Positions 39,541-53,602 are shown, counted from the whole stretch's first letter. The stretch is 63,437 bases of DNA, filler included, from Reticulomyxa filosa (GCA_000512085.1; 22 parts of 22 records of this genome joined end to end with filler, not necessarily neighbours in it); one strand, 5' to 3'. Notes: generated by a model not told the origin, from the letters alone. Numbers and translations: made by a program.

Positions 39541-42500
39541 TAAAAAAAAAAAAAAACAATTCAAATTCAATTGAATTTAAATTTTATTTAATTAAAAAAA
39601 NNNNNNNNNNNNNNNNNNNNNNNNNNNNNNNNNNNNNNNNNNNNTTAATTAATTAANNNNNNNNNNNNNNNNNNNNNNNNNNNNNNNNNNNNNNNNNNNN
39701 CATCCAACCGTTGTACACCTGTGATTCAAAATATTTAAGGAAAGAAGATGGTGATAATACCAAGTCAAATCTGTTTTCGAAGTTAGCAACAGCACGAGGA
39801 AACGCAAAGCGATAGCAATTGCAAGACCACTATTCTTTGATAGTCAAAACGGAGCTTCGTGATGACCATTATCAATGTTCAAGCCATCACTGTACAGGTA
39901 TCTCTTTGATACTCCATATAATACTAACAAAAAAAAACATATCAATTAAATAGCAGTCAAGAAACAAATAAGACAATAATCACTGTCAAAATAGAGACAG
40001 GTGAAGCTGTGAGTGAAATAACAATTCTGAATTTGCTTACGAATACAAATACGAGCACAAGTGCGAATATAAGTGCAAAATGCAAAGAGAAATAGCAATA
40101 ACGACATGGTGGGTAGAGAGATGATGCGGATGATAGTGAAATTGGCAAAACATGTAATTTTGAAGACTTTGCAAAGCTTGCCAGACCATGTGCTTGACTT
40201 AAGAAGGCTCATGCCGGTGTTGGCCATCGACACAAAGGCCCAAGACATGCCAATTCCACTCTAGCCGCCCGGAAACTCCAGTCCTTTGATCCATTTCTTA
40301 TATCAGCTCTTGCATCACTTACAAATTGGACATTTGTCGTCGTTATGTTACATATTCCATATAATATATTGAATATATAAGTTTTATTTTTGTAGCATTT
40401 TGATTGAGAACATGTGCAATTATGTGTGTTGATGAAACAGTGCTCTTTATTTGGTCAAGATATCGACAGTAATGCTGGAGAGCCAGTGATTGCTTTGCTG
40501 CATGTGCTTTGGTCGTATTCATATAATTGGGTATGAAATCTTTTATTTTTAGTGTATGTAATGATATATGTTACTTTATTTAAAAAAATAAAAAAACTAA
40601 CTGCATTAGGTATTCATAAAGGCGTTAAATTAAAAAGGGCAATATCAATGTTTACAAACGTGTCCAATATATTAAGGATTAAAATGATAAAAACGTAAAC
40701 GTAACAACGAATACAAATATAAAATTACTTATGGAGAAAGTCATTAACATTGAAAACGATAAATCAAACGCAGAAGCTTACAAAAAAGTTTTTTTTTTTT
40801 TTTAGCAAAACAAATATTTTAAAAAAAAAGTTTTGAAATAGATTGTCAGTAAACCTTGAGTTGAAGATTGGCACTTGTGTCCTAACTTTTGGCTATAATT
40901 TGACTATTTCGCACTTCTTTCTTGTTTGGAGTTTTTGTCCAACCTTGAGTTTGAAATGTAATTTTCCCTACGTTTTGTAGTTAAAGATTCCTGACTTACT
41001 TTTTCCTTCTTTTGCATTTTTGTAGTGATTATCTAACGTAACATACATGTCGGCGCACGACAAATTGTCGCCATTCACATTATCATCGTCGTCAAGTCAA
41101 ACCTTAAGCAAGGCAGCCTCCCATTAGCAGCGCAAGCCATTCACGAACATTTCGACAAACACTCAAACGCGCCAACGGGCAGATGTCGGAACATTTACTC
41201 CTCATCATCTAGCCACAACGGCAGCAACAACCTACCCAAAATGTGACTTCAGCGCCGCGAAGATGATATCGCCACAAGAGAAAACCAGACAGACATTCGC
41301 AGAAGATCATAACTTCAATTTCCCCGTCGGCAACGTTGCAGAAATTGCTCCCTCTCAAAACAGAATCTCCCCCTCTAAAAGCAANNNNNNNNNNNNNNNN
41401 NNNNNNNNNNNNNNNNNNNNNNNNNNNNTTAATTAATTAANNNNNNNNNNNNNNNNNNNNNNNNNNNNNNNNNNNNNNNNNNNNAACCACAAAATGATCA
41501 TGTCCATAAATCCAATGAACTTGACATCACTTCATTTTGCAACGAATCATTTTCACTTTATTGACGAACTGGAAGCGGTACTGGACTCCGTCGCACTGGC
41601 ACAAGCACAAGCAGCAAAACTCGCCCAAAGCGTCGGATCGGTCTTGGCAATGTGAATAGCCATCAATTCTTTAAATGGTCTGCACTCGTCCAACCCAATG
41701 GCAATGGCAATTTGATATTTGGAGCCAACTTTTCCTAGGAAACAAATTGTTCCAATTGAGCAGCCTCTTGTTCGAACATAGTCCAATATTGAAAGCATCC
41801 GGGTCAATAGTTGTGGGAAGAATCAGATGGTATTTTTCATTAATATGGCTACACTTTCTTCATTCACTATCAAGGTTTCTTTTTGTTATATAGCTCCAAG
41901 TCCAATCGTTGTTTTCCTTGCAAGTATTCCATCACTTTACCAATCGTCATTGAAATTCGTCGTCTTTGCAAGTTTTCAATTCCGCATAGCTGCTTTTCTA
42001 TTTGGATCACCGCATTTGATATTGAATTTCTTGTACAAAATACAAGTGGGCATATGATAAATCAAACAGCACTGTTTCGCATATACTACAATCTTTGCAT
42101 TTACAGCCAATAAATCTGGTATTGATCACAAAAACAAATTATTATAAATATAATAATAAGTATAAATATAAACATATACATATTTATTTATTTGTTGTTT
42201 ATTGTTACAAACAGATAACACAAAACCAATGTCAATAATTTCATCTTGCCAGTTGCATCGATTATTCAAATGAAACGAAAATTGGACAATCAGCAAATCA
42301 ATCTTTTGATCTAAACACACCAGACCTCGACTTTAATGATATTTTTTTGGAGCAACATTCTTTTCAGCTTCGACTTCGGGCTCCATCTTTTATTTGCTTT
42401 GTCGACCGGACAAAAAAATAAAATATAACATTACTAATGTCGTCTCATTTCGAGAACGACAAAATATTCTTTTGAACATTGCGCAAATGCGCATATCAAC

Positions 42501-45217
42501 ATTTTTTTTTTCTTTTTTTCTTTTTTTTTTTCTCTTATTTTCTTTTTTTTTTCTATCTTTTTTTTNNNNNNNNNNNNNNNNNNNNNNNNNNNNNNNNNNN
42601 NNNNNNNNNTTAATTAATTAANNNNNNNNNNNNNNNNNNNNNNNNNNNNNNNNNNNNNNNNNNNNTAGGTATCAATGACAAAAGTACAACCCAAAATTTA
42701 TATTAAGATAGAATTTTTTTTTTTAACATTTCTAACATTGACAAAAAAAACAGACAATGTGCTGCTCTCAGCAAGAGCGTACAACATACAGTGTATTCTG
42801 ACCCCAGTGTAAAAAGAGACTTGTGATGACCTATAAAATATTTATGAATCATTGCAAATTCTTTTTCACTTTTTTAGAAGAATCAAACAAAAGAAACAAA
42901 TAATGCAAATCTTCTTTGCCAGTTGCAATTAATGTTGCAAAAATGCATATGAAAGGGAGGAACAGTGTGGAAAGATATTTTTGGCTGCTTCAAAAGCCCA
43001 ATGGACAGCCATTACCTTAAAATAATTGCAATCGTTATGGCACATTTTATTATTATTATTTTTGAGAAATTGTCTAAGACAACTTTCTCCAGCAATCAAG
43101 GTTTACTGTCTTTGTATTGTTTACAAATAATTTCAATTGAATCATTGCAACTTTTTTGCAAAACCGGCAAAGGAGAATGTCTAATTTATCTTTCCTGTTC
43201 ATTTTTAATATCCAATTCTGACCAAAACAGGAACTGGTAAAAGACCTGGAATTACTTCAAAATAATCAAAGTAAACTTACAAACAAAAATTGAAAAAAAT
43301 GAAACAATAAAAAAAATTGAAAAAATAAAACTATATGCTTTTGAATTCAATATGTTATAATTCCATAACACAAACCAAGTTTTATTATTTGGAGTGGGTA
43401 ATTTGAGATAACATCCAATTGGAAAGCATAACAATTGTTACTGTACAAAGTTACAAAAAGCAGAAATTACATTAGTAATTTATTTTCATAAAGATGCAAA
43501 AAAACACATGAAAGTATTGTTGATTAAAGAATTACGAAAAACTAAAATGTAGATACAAGAATTATCTAAGTCGGCATAATGTGTATTGTGTAAAAAGAAT
43601 CACACTGGCGATCAATTGACTAGAAGATAGAATATTCTTTCAAAAGAAAGAATGAATTTTTAATATATTCAAATTAAACATAAAACTGACAACAAGATCG
43701 GAATCATGTTTTTACATTTAAGATATGCACAAACAATCAATACATAAATTTCCAATTTGCTGACAGGAACTTTTTTCCCCTTTTTTATTGCATGACGAAG
43801 AAAAGAAATGATAAGAAAATAACAATAATTAGTCATTCTATCACTTTCAAAGCAATTATTTTATATAATAAAGTGTAAAAGGAATCCTTCACTAATATTT
43901 ACTGTTGTGGGTCATTTTATTAAACTTATGGGTCATTTTTTAAATTTTTTGNNNNNNNNNNNNNNNNNNNNNNNNNNNNNNNNNNNNNNNNNNNNTTAAT
44001 TAATTAANNNNNNNNNNNNNNNNNNNNNNNNNNNNNNNNNNNNNNNNNNNNATGTATGTATATATAATTAGCCTTTGGTTCTATATTGCAAAAAATTTTT
44101 TTGTGGCCAACAGAACATCTTTTATTTAAATTTTCAACATATTCTCTCTCAACGTAGAAAAAACTTTTCGATTCGTCAACATTTTGTATGGGCGTCACAC
44201 CAAGTGTAAGCAAAGGTGAATGACTAGAAATTTGCTTATTTTTTAAAACTGGTGAAAAAAAAAGAATACACAATTTACACTTGCTGGAAAAATTGCTCGA
44301 ACAGTTTTATTGCTACAAAAAAAATTTCGAAGTTTTTAATAATTTCAAGATTAAAAAAGGTTTGCAATAAATTATCTAAAAAAAATACCACGCAAAAGCG
44401 CACTATTTCAAAAAAAATTACAAAAGTTTAAACTTGACGAATGACTTTCAACTTCAACTCCCTTTAAATTAATTTATAATATTCACAGTTATTCCTAATT
44501 TATCATTTGACCAAACAAATAAAAAATTAATCAATTTGTCTTTTAAACAAACAGAAATGCATTAATATTAGAACATTAATTGTTGCAATGTAAAAATAAG
44601 AACATATTAGTTTTCTTTTGTTATCCATTGATCATACATAACATTTTTTTAATGTAAAATTTATTGAACTTAACTTTTGTAGAGAACTCGGGTGCAGAAG
44701 CTGGTAACGACAGATGCTATTATTGATAGAGGCTTTCAATAAAGCAAAAGTAAATTAAATAAAAGAAGAATAACAAAATGAAAAAAAGTGAAGAAAGTTT
44801 TGGAGAAGTCTAGCACACTGTAGACTCGTCGGCACATTTATAGTTCCGCCGTCTGTAGTGTGGGCTTGCAACACATTCCTTCATCTTTGCCCCATTTGGG
44901 CAACATATATGCTTGATAGTCTGTTACAAGCAGTATTTTGCTAATGTAATAGTTTATTTTATTCATGTCACTTTACATTCTACGACTCAACTTATTCTAC
45001 ATTGTTCAATTGTTCCAGCGATGGAGGTGTTGCCAATTTATTCATGGATGAATTCTTGTTCTGATAAGCTTTCAGATTATTTCTAATATTACATGTGCAA
45101 CTTTCGCAGTTTTAACANNNNNNNNNNNNNNNNNNNNNNNNNNNNNNNNNNNNNNNNNNNNTTAATTAATTAANNNNNNNNNNNNNNNNNNNNNNNNNNN
45201 NNNNNNNNNNNNNNNNN

Positions 45218-45524
45218 AATAATAATAATAATAATGACAATATGAATAAGTTGTTGTATGTTAGGGAGTGAGTTAAGAGTTATAACATTGATAGATTGAT
45301 GATGCGCCCCTTGGGCCCATGTCTGTTTCAACGAACGAATATCACTGTCAAAGTTATCATAAACCGACACCGAGGAACTCTTGTGTTGCAATAAGTGTTT
45401 GACCACTTGTAATATATTGCGAAGCTGATTTATTGCACAAAAGTGAAAGAAGAATATATACATGATATATGTATATATATATATATAAATATGTAAATAT
45501 AAAAATATATTTATTACACATATA

Positions 45525-45564
<40 letters not shown>

Positions 45565-46493
45565 AACTTAACAATCAAAGTGTCATATAAATTATCGGTT
45601 AGCGGTTGCATAAGCCTTTGTAAAATGTTATCCTGTGTAGCGACGCATTGTAGGAAAAGCGGGTTGTCTTTAAGTTCTTGACAGAGCACGCCGGAGGAGT
45701 GTCTGAAAACCTCTCGATAGGACCAGCGATCAGTGACGACCTCGATGAGTTCAAAGGCAAATTGTTCGACCGAGGTTTTGTCCGACGCGATGTCGACGGC
45801 GTTGTCTGCACTGTTGGCAGTGGTAGCAGTGCTAACAGTGTCGTCATCGTTGCGATGATCAGCAAATGATTGCGGCTGTGAGACAGGAGGAGAGGAAGAG
45901 GCAAGAAGAACAAGATCGGGAGACAAGTCTTGGGTCAGGTAATCAAAGGGGGAAGAAGAAGAAGAAGAAGAAGAAGAAGAAGAGAAGCAGGAATCCAATT
46001 CAAAGGATAGGTCAAAGTCAAGTGGATGTTGATGATGCTCACAGTCTTTGTGTTCAAGCATTTGTCTGTCTTGCAAGTGTTTGGAGATGCGTCGGAAGAA
46101 CTCGTCGTGCACAAAGGTGTCTCCGCTGGAGCGGCGGATTTCAATCACTGATTGGTACTGGTTGTCGCTGCTTCGATACACATTCACCATGAACTCGCTC
46201 ATGTCAAACTTGTGATACATTCGTCCAAACACATTGAATCCGTCCATTTCCCAATCCACCAGCTCCTCCTTCTCCATCTTCGTCAGCGTCTCCTCGATCG
46301 CTTCCGAACACTGCTTCGGCGTCTTGTCACTCGGATACGTGTTGTAGCGACTCAAAGGCCCGTCCCACGTTTCCGCCTCTTTCTCCTTCTTTGTCTCCTC
46401 CTTTTCTTTTTCCTTTTCTTTCGACATTTGCACCGTGCCCAACACCGTCGCCACTGTTGAGCTTGATGATGACGATGACGATGACGATGACGA
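45218..46493 (-). CDS. Protein with a KA1-like domain (internal fragment)
   Basis: SEFMVNVYR...VIEIRRSSGDTFVHDEFFRRISKHL matches the KA1 pattern, followed by a Ser-rich linker and a helical region. No kinase domain is seen in the contig. Confidence 0.6.
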
Positions 46494-46593
46494 NNNNNNN
46501 NNNNNNNNNNNNNNNNNNNNNNNNNNNNNNNNNNNNNTTAATTAATTAANNNNNNNNNNNNNNNNNNNNNNNNNNNNNNNNNNNNNNNNNNNN

Positions 46594-46966
46594 CAAATCC
46601 AATAATGTAAAAATTGTAACCAGGTAATAAATATAATAAAATATGAAAAGTATGATTAATAATAGCATTAATTTCAATACTATCAATACCAATTAAATGA
46701 ATTATAATATCATTATTATTATTAAAATTTGGTATTATTTTTAAATATTTAATCAGTATATAATAAATAGTCATTATAATATTAATATTTCTTGATATTG
46801 GATTACTTAATTCTAATTTATAATAATTATATAAATCTTTCCAATTATGTAATATATTAATATTTATGTTTTTTTTATACTGTTCTTCAAATTTACTTGG
46901 ACATATTTCAAATATTAATTTATTAATTTCTATATCATCACTATTATCACTATTATTTATTATACA
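46594..46966 (-). CDS. MSS51/ZMYND15 C-terminal-like fragment with extremely AT-rich codon usage
   Basis: LHNWKDLYNYYKL...NPIS...IMTIYYIL...IIIHLIGIDSIE...FHILLYLLPGYNFYIIGF. Confidence 0.6.
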
Positions 46967-46969
46967 CAT

Positions 46970-47829
46970 TGCAAATCAATAGCAGCACTTTTTCATTTTC
47001 GTTGTGGTTGTTGAACAGAGGGAAGACGACTTCCAATATTTGTTCTTTCACCAATTTTGCGACATTTTCTGATTTTCCAAAAAACAGTGTCATCAAACAC
47101 ATACCATATATGCATATATATGTACATATACATATATATTGCATGTGCGCATGTACAATTGAAGTCAAACCTTCAACGAAAGAGAAATTAGCCAAACATC
47201 GTAAGGCATGTTCGATGACTTGAGGATCACGATAGTGGTGTGATAGAACAGTCATGACGCAACGAGAGCCTCCATATTCGCAGATCATTTTTTTGTTATC
47301 GTTGTTTCGATGGCACAAGTGACACAAGAGTGTCAAATTGGCGCTCATTAGCGCCGCAGCGCTCACATGACGTGTCATCATTCGCGTAATATCTTGAACG
47401 CCTCCCAACTCAATCAAGCGCGTGATATTCGATGGGTTGTCTCGCATTAGTCCGTTTAACACATTTACGCACTTACACAACAGTGAGTCATTGCTCATAT
47501 TCTTTTGAATTACTTCCAACGTTACCTTTTTTTTTTGTTTTGTTTTGTTTTGTTTTTTTTTTTTAAGAATTAAAAAAAAAAAATACTTTGATAATATCTA
47601 AAGTCGAGAAAATGGTATGCAATTGTGGATGTTCGATCATCTTTTGAACGGTTTGCAAAGCAGGGAAGAGCAGTGTTTTTTCGGAGTGTTCTTGGCTCTG
47701 TCCTTGAATGACTCCACAAAGCAGCGCAGGAATGTTGGAAGTGGCCAAGCGAGGGATGTTGGAATGTCCAGCCTGCACATATCTTTCCATCTCTTCAAAC
47801 ATCTGCGACATCTTCGATACATCGTTGTT
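46970..47829 (-). CDS. Armadillo-repeat protein (internal fragment)
   Basis: NITRLIELGGVQDI, NKKMICEYGGSRCV...HALRCLANFS. Intron 47526-47586 restores the frame (IIK/VTLEVIQK). Confidence 0.8.
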
Positions 47830-49481
47830 NNNNNNNNNNNNNNNNNNNNNNNNNNNNNNNNNNNNNNNNNNNNTTAATTAATTAANNNNNNNNNNNNNNN
47901 NNNNNNNNNNNNNNNNNNNNNNNNNNNNNTGAGATTATGATCAACGTTGACAACCACCTTAGTAAATAAATGAATACATACTATTGAATGTATTTTGTCT
48001 TGTCCTTTATTCGCATGGAATGTACTTTTCCCATGTCGCTGTATTGCATTTAAAATTGTAAGCCTGTATCTGGTGCTAATATCATTCCAGTTTTGTTTAT
48101 TGTCTTCAGTCTGCTTTAATCTCGCATTCAGATTGCACATGATTATTATTATTATTATTATTATTGTTTATTGACTCTTTTGCTATGATACACATTCCAT
48201 TAACTTGGTTTCATCTCACTGTTTATTGATCTATAATGTGAAGACTGGTAAATTATCCTAGCGTTCGGTATTTGCACGTCACCCGGAATTTTGGTTAGTT
48301 TTGTTTCGCAACATGATATAATATCTGTAAAATGTTCTATCATGAACATTCTACATGGCGATTTATATTCAGAAATATTATTTTGTATTTTTGTTCATTA
48401 TTCTTGTTTTCATAGTGTAATGTTGGTGTCAGTTGTATACAATTTATACTAGGTTCTTCAATGTCTTTTTGTGCATAGTTTTTTTGACTTGCTTTGCAAT
48501 CTTCATTTATGTTTTGCCTGTTGTTTCTGTTATCATCTAATTGTATACTTTTTCAATCTTGTGTTTTTCTGAATCCATTGTGTTTCCTCTTTTTTTATCT
48601 TTTTTTATATATTTTTTGTTACTTCTTTTTTTGTATTGCTTGCATTTCATATTGGTGTCTTATATTCAGATTTCTATACATTATTTTTGGTTTATTTTGA
48701 AACTTTAGTTCGGGTTGGTATCTTCTAAAGCTGATTATATCTCTAAGTTTGTTCATCCATTTCTCTTGTCGATTCCATTCTATATATTCTATGCTCAAAC
48801 ATTGTAATTTCTCTAGTTCTGAATTGTGTTTTCTATTCTTCATTTCTATTTGGTGATAAAAATATCATCTTTTTCTCATTCTGTTTGTTTGTATGTATGT
48901 GTTCCCCTAGTGAGTCTATCATGGTGTCCATTTGTACTGTTTAAGCTTCTATTTGGTTCATTTTGTTGTTGTATTCTAATTGCAAAGCTATTTAGTTTTG
49001 TATATTCCCATGTGTTTACTTGACATTGTCTTATAATCTCGTTCCAGTTATATTGCGCAAAAATCTCTTGTTATATTTTCCATTGTCTGTAATCTTGCTA
49101 ATGTTGATTTTTCCTCATTTGCGGCACCTTTTGTCCTTGCGTTTTATTACTAAAATTTCACATATGATTTGCCAGATTCGTTGTATTTTGTGTTTGGAAC
49201 GTACAGTATGGACACTGGAATTTTCATTCATTTTCTACCATTTGGAATTTTTGCATTAGATATGTTGATATCCTTCTTTTTCCTTGATCATCGGTTTATA
49301 TTTGCTGGTTCTTTCGTTTTCATTTAAATCCTTATTCTCATCCCCATTACTTTCAAAGCAATCTTCACTTTCATTTTCATGTTCATGTGGATATATCCAT
49401 ATTCTATGTCCATGCTGAGATGGTCATATCCACTCTTGTCCTCGCTATTGTTATTGCCACTACCATCATTGTTATTATTAT

Positions 49482-49781
49482 CATATACTCAAAAACGAAT
49501 ACAAGCTTATCTGTAACTATCCAAGTGATGTTAAATTATCTGGACACTGTGTGGTGAAACTGGTAGATAACAACAACAATAATAATAACGACAGCAATCA
49601 AATCACTTTATTGTCTTTTGGCGGATATAATAAACATACATTGGTAATGAAATATGTAAGTGTTTGGAGTAATGACAATCAATCAAAGATATTAAAAATA
49701 TTAAACAAATACAATCAATGGATTCCTTTCACATACAATCACAATCATCCAATTATCATTGGAAGAAAGACTATAAAGTGA
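49482..49781 (+). pseudogene. Fragment of an expanded foraminiferan Kelch-like repeat family
   Basis: NEYKLICNYPSDVKLSGHCVVKLVDNN...ITLLSFGGYNKHTLVMKYVSVWS...YNQWIPFT...PIIIGR. Both ends are missing. Confidence 0.75.
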
Positions 49782-49894
49782 TTTGATTGCTGTCTTGATT
49801 ATGATTGTTGTTGTTATCTACCATTTTCACTGCACAGTGTCCCCATAATTGAACATCACTTGGATAGTGACAGATAAGCTTGTATTCGTTTTTG
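49490..49894. repeat. 122-bp imperfect inverted repeat (49490-49611 / 49773-49894)
   Basis: The reverse complement of 49773-49894 aligns without gaps to 49490-49611, with about 10 mismatches by manual count. Confidence 0.95.
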
Positions 49895-50296
49895 NNNNNN
49901 NNNNNNNNNNNNNNNNNNNNNNNNNNNNNNNNNNNNNNTTAATTAATTAANNNNNNNNNNNNNNNNNNNNNNNNNNNNNNNNNNNNNNNNNNNNTTTTTG
50001 TTTGGAAATGATAAAAAAAACTAATCTTTGAATTCAAACTAGGAAAAAAAAGTGAAGACAAGTATCAATATCATCACTACATATTCGACAAACGAATCAA
50101 TCACTTCCAAACAAATGAAAAAAAAAATTCACAAAAACACACTTATTTTCATTTCCCTTCAACTTCTAAAGTTGACAATAATTTTTGCACAATCAAGGTC
50201 TTAAGAGCTTTCTTTATGCAAAACAAAGGTAGTTGCTGGAGAAATCAGTGAAATTTCCGCACTGTTTCTATATTTTACAGAGGCAAGACAACAATT

Positions 50297-50640
50297 TTAA
50301 TGGAGGTGATATATGTAAACATAACAAAGTTTGTTTTTTTTTGCCAACTTTAAGTTCGTGTGCCACGACATCCGGCCACAAAACATCACTACGATTGTTT
50401 CTCCGCTGTGATGTTGCTGGATCGGTCCAAACAAATCAAACCACTTTGGTCGTCCACTGTGCACGATAACGTCACAAATCGAGACAAGTTCACTTTCAGG
50501 ACAACATAATGTACGATAAATGTCAATTTCGGTGAAAGGTGCTGTTTCTCTGGCCACCGTACGAGCTTCACATGCAAAGTATCATGGTAATGCGATCCCC
50601 ATATTGCCAAATCTTTTTGTTTATCTCCTTCAATGTCCGA
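50297..50640 (-). pseudogene. NADPH oxidase/ferric reductase NAD-binding domain, C-terminal remnant
   Basis: HSGRPKWFDLFGPIQQHHSGETIVVMFCG matches the GRPxW...VFxCGP motif. There are stops upstream and no transmembrane or FAD domains nearby. Confidence 0.6.
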
Positions 50641-51038
50641 GTTCGGAAATGCAACAGAAAAAAAAGATAGTTTCTAATTTTATTTTAACAAATAATTTTG
50701 TAAGATAAAGAAATTATGATAAATGAAATTTGATTTGATCAATGAGATGAAAATAATGACGTCGTGTACTACGTCAAGCAACACTTGGCTGTAAAGTGTT
50801 GTAGTAGTACCATTTTTCTGCAGCTATTTACACTAGACTATAGTGCGAGCATTTGAGTTCATGCAGGAAAGTCAAAGTGGAGTGTTGCTTAGTGGAATAT
50901 TTTAAATGTTAATAGTCTTCTATGATATAATTTATGTAGTTTAATATTTTCACAATATTCGATAACAAATAATACTCGAAAAATTAACAAAAAAGATCAG
51001 CAAACGAAATTTTGTTTTTTGCTGTTGTAAAAACGACT

Positions 51039-52477
51039 CTATCCCCAAATACGAATAAAACCTTCTCTTGAGCCATAACATAAATTAATGCCACAACTAC
51101 GATAATCTTTGCTTTTGTTTTCTTGCTTCCTCAATGGTAAAAACTTAATACATATTATCCCACGATCTTTGTCATCTCCTTTAATTATATGCAATTCCTT
51201 CTTGTTTAATCGAATATCCCAAAAACGAATAGTATTATCATCTGATCCAGAACATATCACACTTGAACTACCACTAAATTCAATATTATTTACCACAAAT
51301 GGTGAATATTCTACAGACATGACTGGACATGTATGTCCATTGAATATTTGAATTTGTTGATCAGATCGATTATCCCACAAACGAACACTTTTATCTAATG
51401 ATCCAGATAATATTGTATTTGCATCACCAGTCATTCCTAATTCATTTGATCTATACTTTACACTAGTAATCGGAGATTCATGTCCTTTGAATAAAATTAA
51501 TTGTTTGGTTGTTTCGATATCCCATATACGAATAGTTGCATCTTCTGACCCAGAGCAAATAGTATATCCATTACCACCAATCACACCAATATTATTACTT
51601 TTAGTACTATCATTCTTGCTTTGCAGTGGTGAAATATCCAAACACCAAACAATACCTGTATGTCCATTGAAAGCGTGCAATGATTTGGATATTTCGACAT
51701 CCCATAAACGCATAGTTCTGTCCCATGACCCTGAACATAGATATCGACCACCATTAAACGATGAGAATTCGATACCACAAACATCACCAGCATGTCCATT
51801 TAATATTTTCAATTGTCGATTATCTTTGATATCCCAAAAACGGATAGTTGTATCTTGTGATGAAGAACAAATGACATTACGATTATGATTATGGTAATGA
51901 TATGGCGAAAATTTCACACAATAGATATCACCCAAATGTCCATTGAATAATTGAATTAGTTTGCTAGTATTTGTATCCCATATCCGAACTGTGTTATCAC
52001 CTGATCCAGAACAAATGAATTGACCACTATTGAATATCGAATAATCAATGCTCCACACAGAACTGGTATGCCCATCGAATGTTTTGAGTAATTGTGACGA
52101 TAAACGAAATGTGTCAAGCATGAAGACAGTCGTTGCCTATACAAAATAATTATCACAAAACAAATAAATATTTTCTAGTCTTAAATGAAATAAAAAGGCA
52201 TAACATAATCCACAACAAATTTGTCGAAATCGTTGATCCATCCAAATTGAGTATGTAATTGTCTGATCCAATATTGAATAATTATCTTTACGTCTTTTTC
52301 TAGCTAATTCAATCATCAGTCACACAATAAATTAAATAAATGTGATAAAATCTAGACAAGCAGTTTCTGAAAGCTTGAACTGAGGCTTACCAACGCCTGT
52401 TCCGTTGAAGTTTGTTTTTTATTACTAAAAGTAGTAATCCTTTTGATATCTTGCTTTCTTTTAGAACGTGTGCACAT
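51039..52477 (-). CDS. WD40-repeat protein of the expanded Reticulomyxa-type family
   Basis: Two short leader exons (IIIQYWIRQLHTQFGWINDFDKFVVDY), then a 360-aa exon with GH...WD repeats and the NNIGVIGGNGYTICSGS insert. Ends GFIRIWG*. Confidence 0.95.
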
Positions 52478-53602
52478 TCTTAAAGTTTTTTTCTTTGATA
52501 TCGTCGTAGATAATAAAAAGGAAAAATGTTTGAATCTTTTTTCAAGACCAAGAAGTAAGTTGCCAAAACTTGATGTATGAAAATGTAATTAAACAATGTC
52601 TCTTTAATAAATAAATAAAAACCTTCAAAATTAATTTAGCACATTACAAGTTAGTTCAAAACGTGTAAAGATAATTGTCACATCTTAAAATACTCAGATA
52701 TAACAATAGTTATTTTCTTTTTTGCAAGACATGGTCGATTTTACAATATTGAATTATGTATCCAAAAACGTGATATATGTATTGAAATGTAAACAAGGCC
52801 AAAATATCACAAACCAACAATTAAAAACAAATAAATTATTTCTCTTAGTCAAAATTCTTAGTGAATTTAAACATTTAATAAACTGTTCAACAATATCAAA
52901 TTTTGTTATTTATTATTTGTTTATTAAAAAATGCAAGTGAATTCATCACACAAATGAGTATTTGTTTTTTAGTTGAATGTTGCCTGTCAGATTCACGCTG
53001 ATCTTTTAGTTTTTCTTGTTTCTTCATTAGTTTGAAGCAGATCCTACCCAAAGATGAAGACATTGTAGAGAACCCGGAGCGGAAAAACACGTTTTAAGAA
53101 AGTAAGAAGGCGTTTTTGGAAATTAAATTAAAACGAAAAAATTTGTATATTTGGAGTCATACTGACTCCATTGTGACGTAAGTAGTCTCACTACAACATC
53201 CAAGATGATAACCTTCCTTGCTGAACAATTGCTCATGTGGACAAAAAAAACATAAATTATATGCAATTGGCCAAATCCGTTTTGATAATGCTAATTATAT
53301 CTTAATTATGAATCAGCGTAGCTTATTTCTTGACTCCTTTCGAAAAACGAAACAATTTGCTTTTGTTCTACTGATTTGCCAATTTATGATTATTTGCAGG
53401 AGAGAGAACAAGACAAAGTTATTCAAAATAATTTTCCAGAGGAAGGAGTCGCAGGGAAGTAAAAATTCTAGTTTGTAAGCCTTTTTTTAAAAATTATAAC
53501 CACTCATTGTATCAAACATTTACATTTTATATTTGTTTGATTAACCTTTTCGATTATCTCTTCACCTGTTGTAAAAGACATCAAATATCAAGGAATAGAA
53601 AC

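Noticed and set aside
47930-49480. Possible decayed non-LTR retrotransposon (strong strand bias; faint endonuclease-like GTHTY...DIFI)
   Set aside because: There are stops in all frames and no RT motif, so it cannot be supported without a search.
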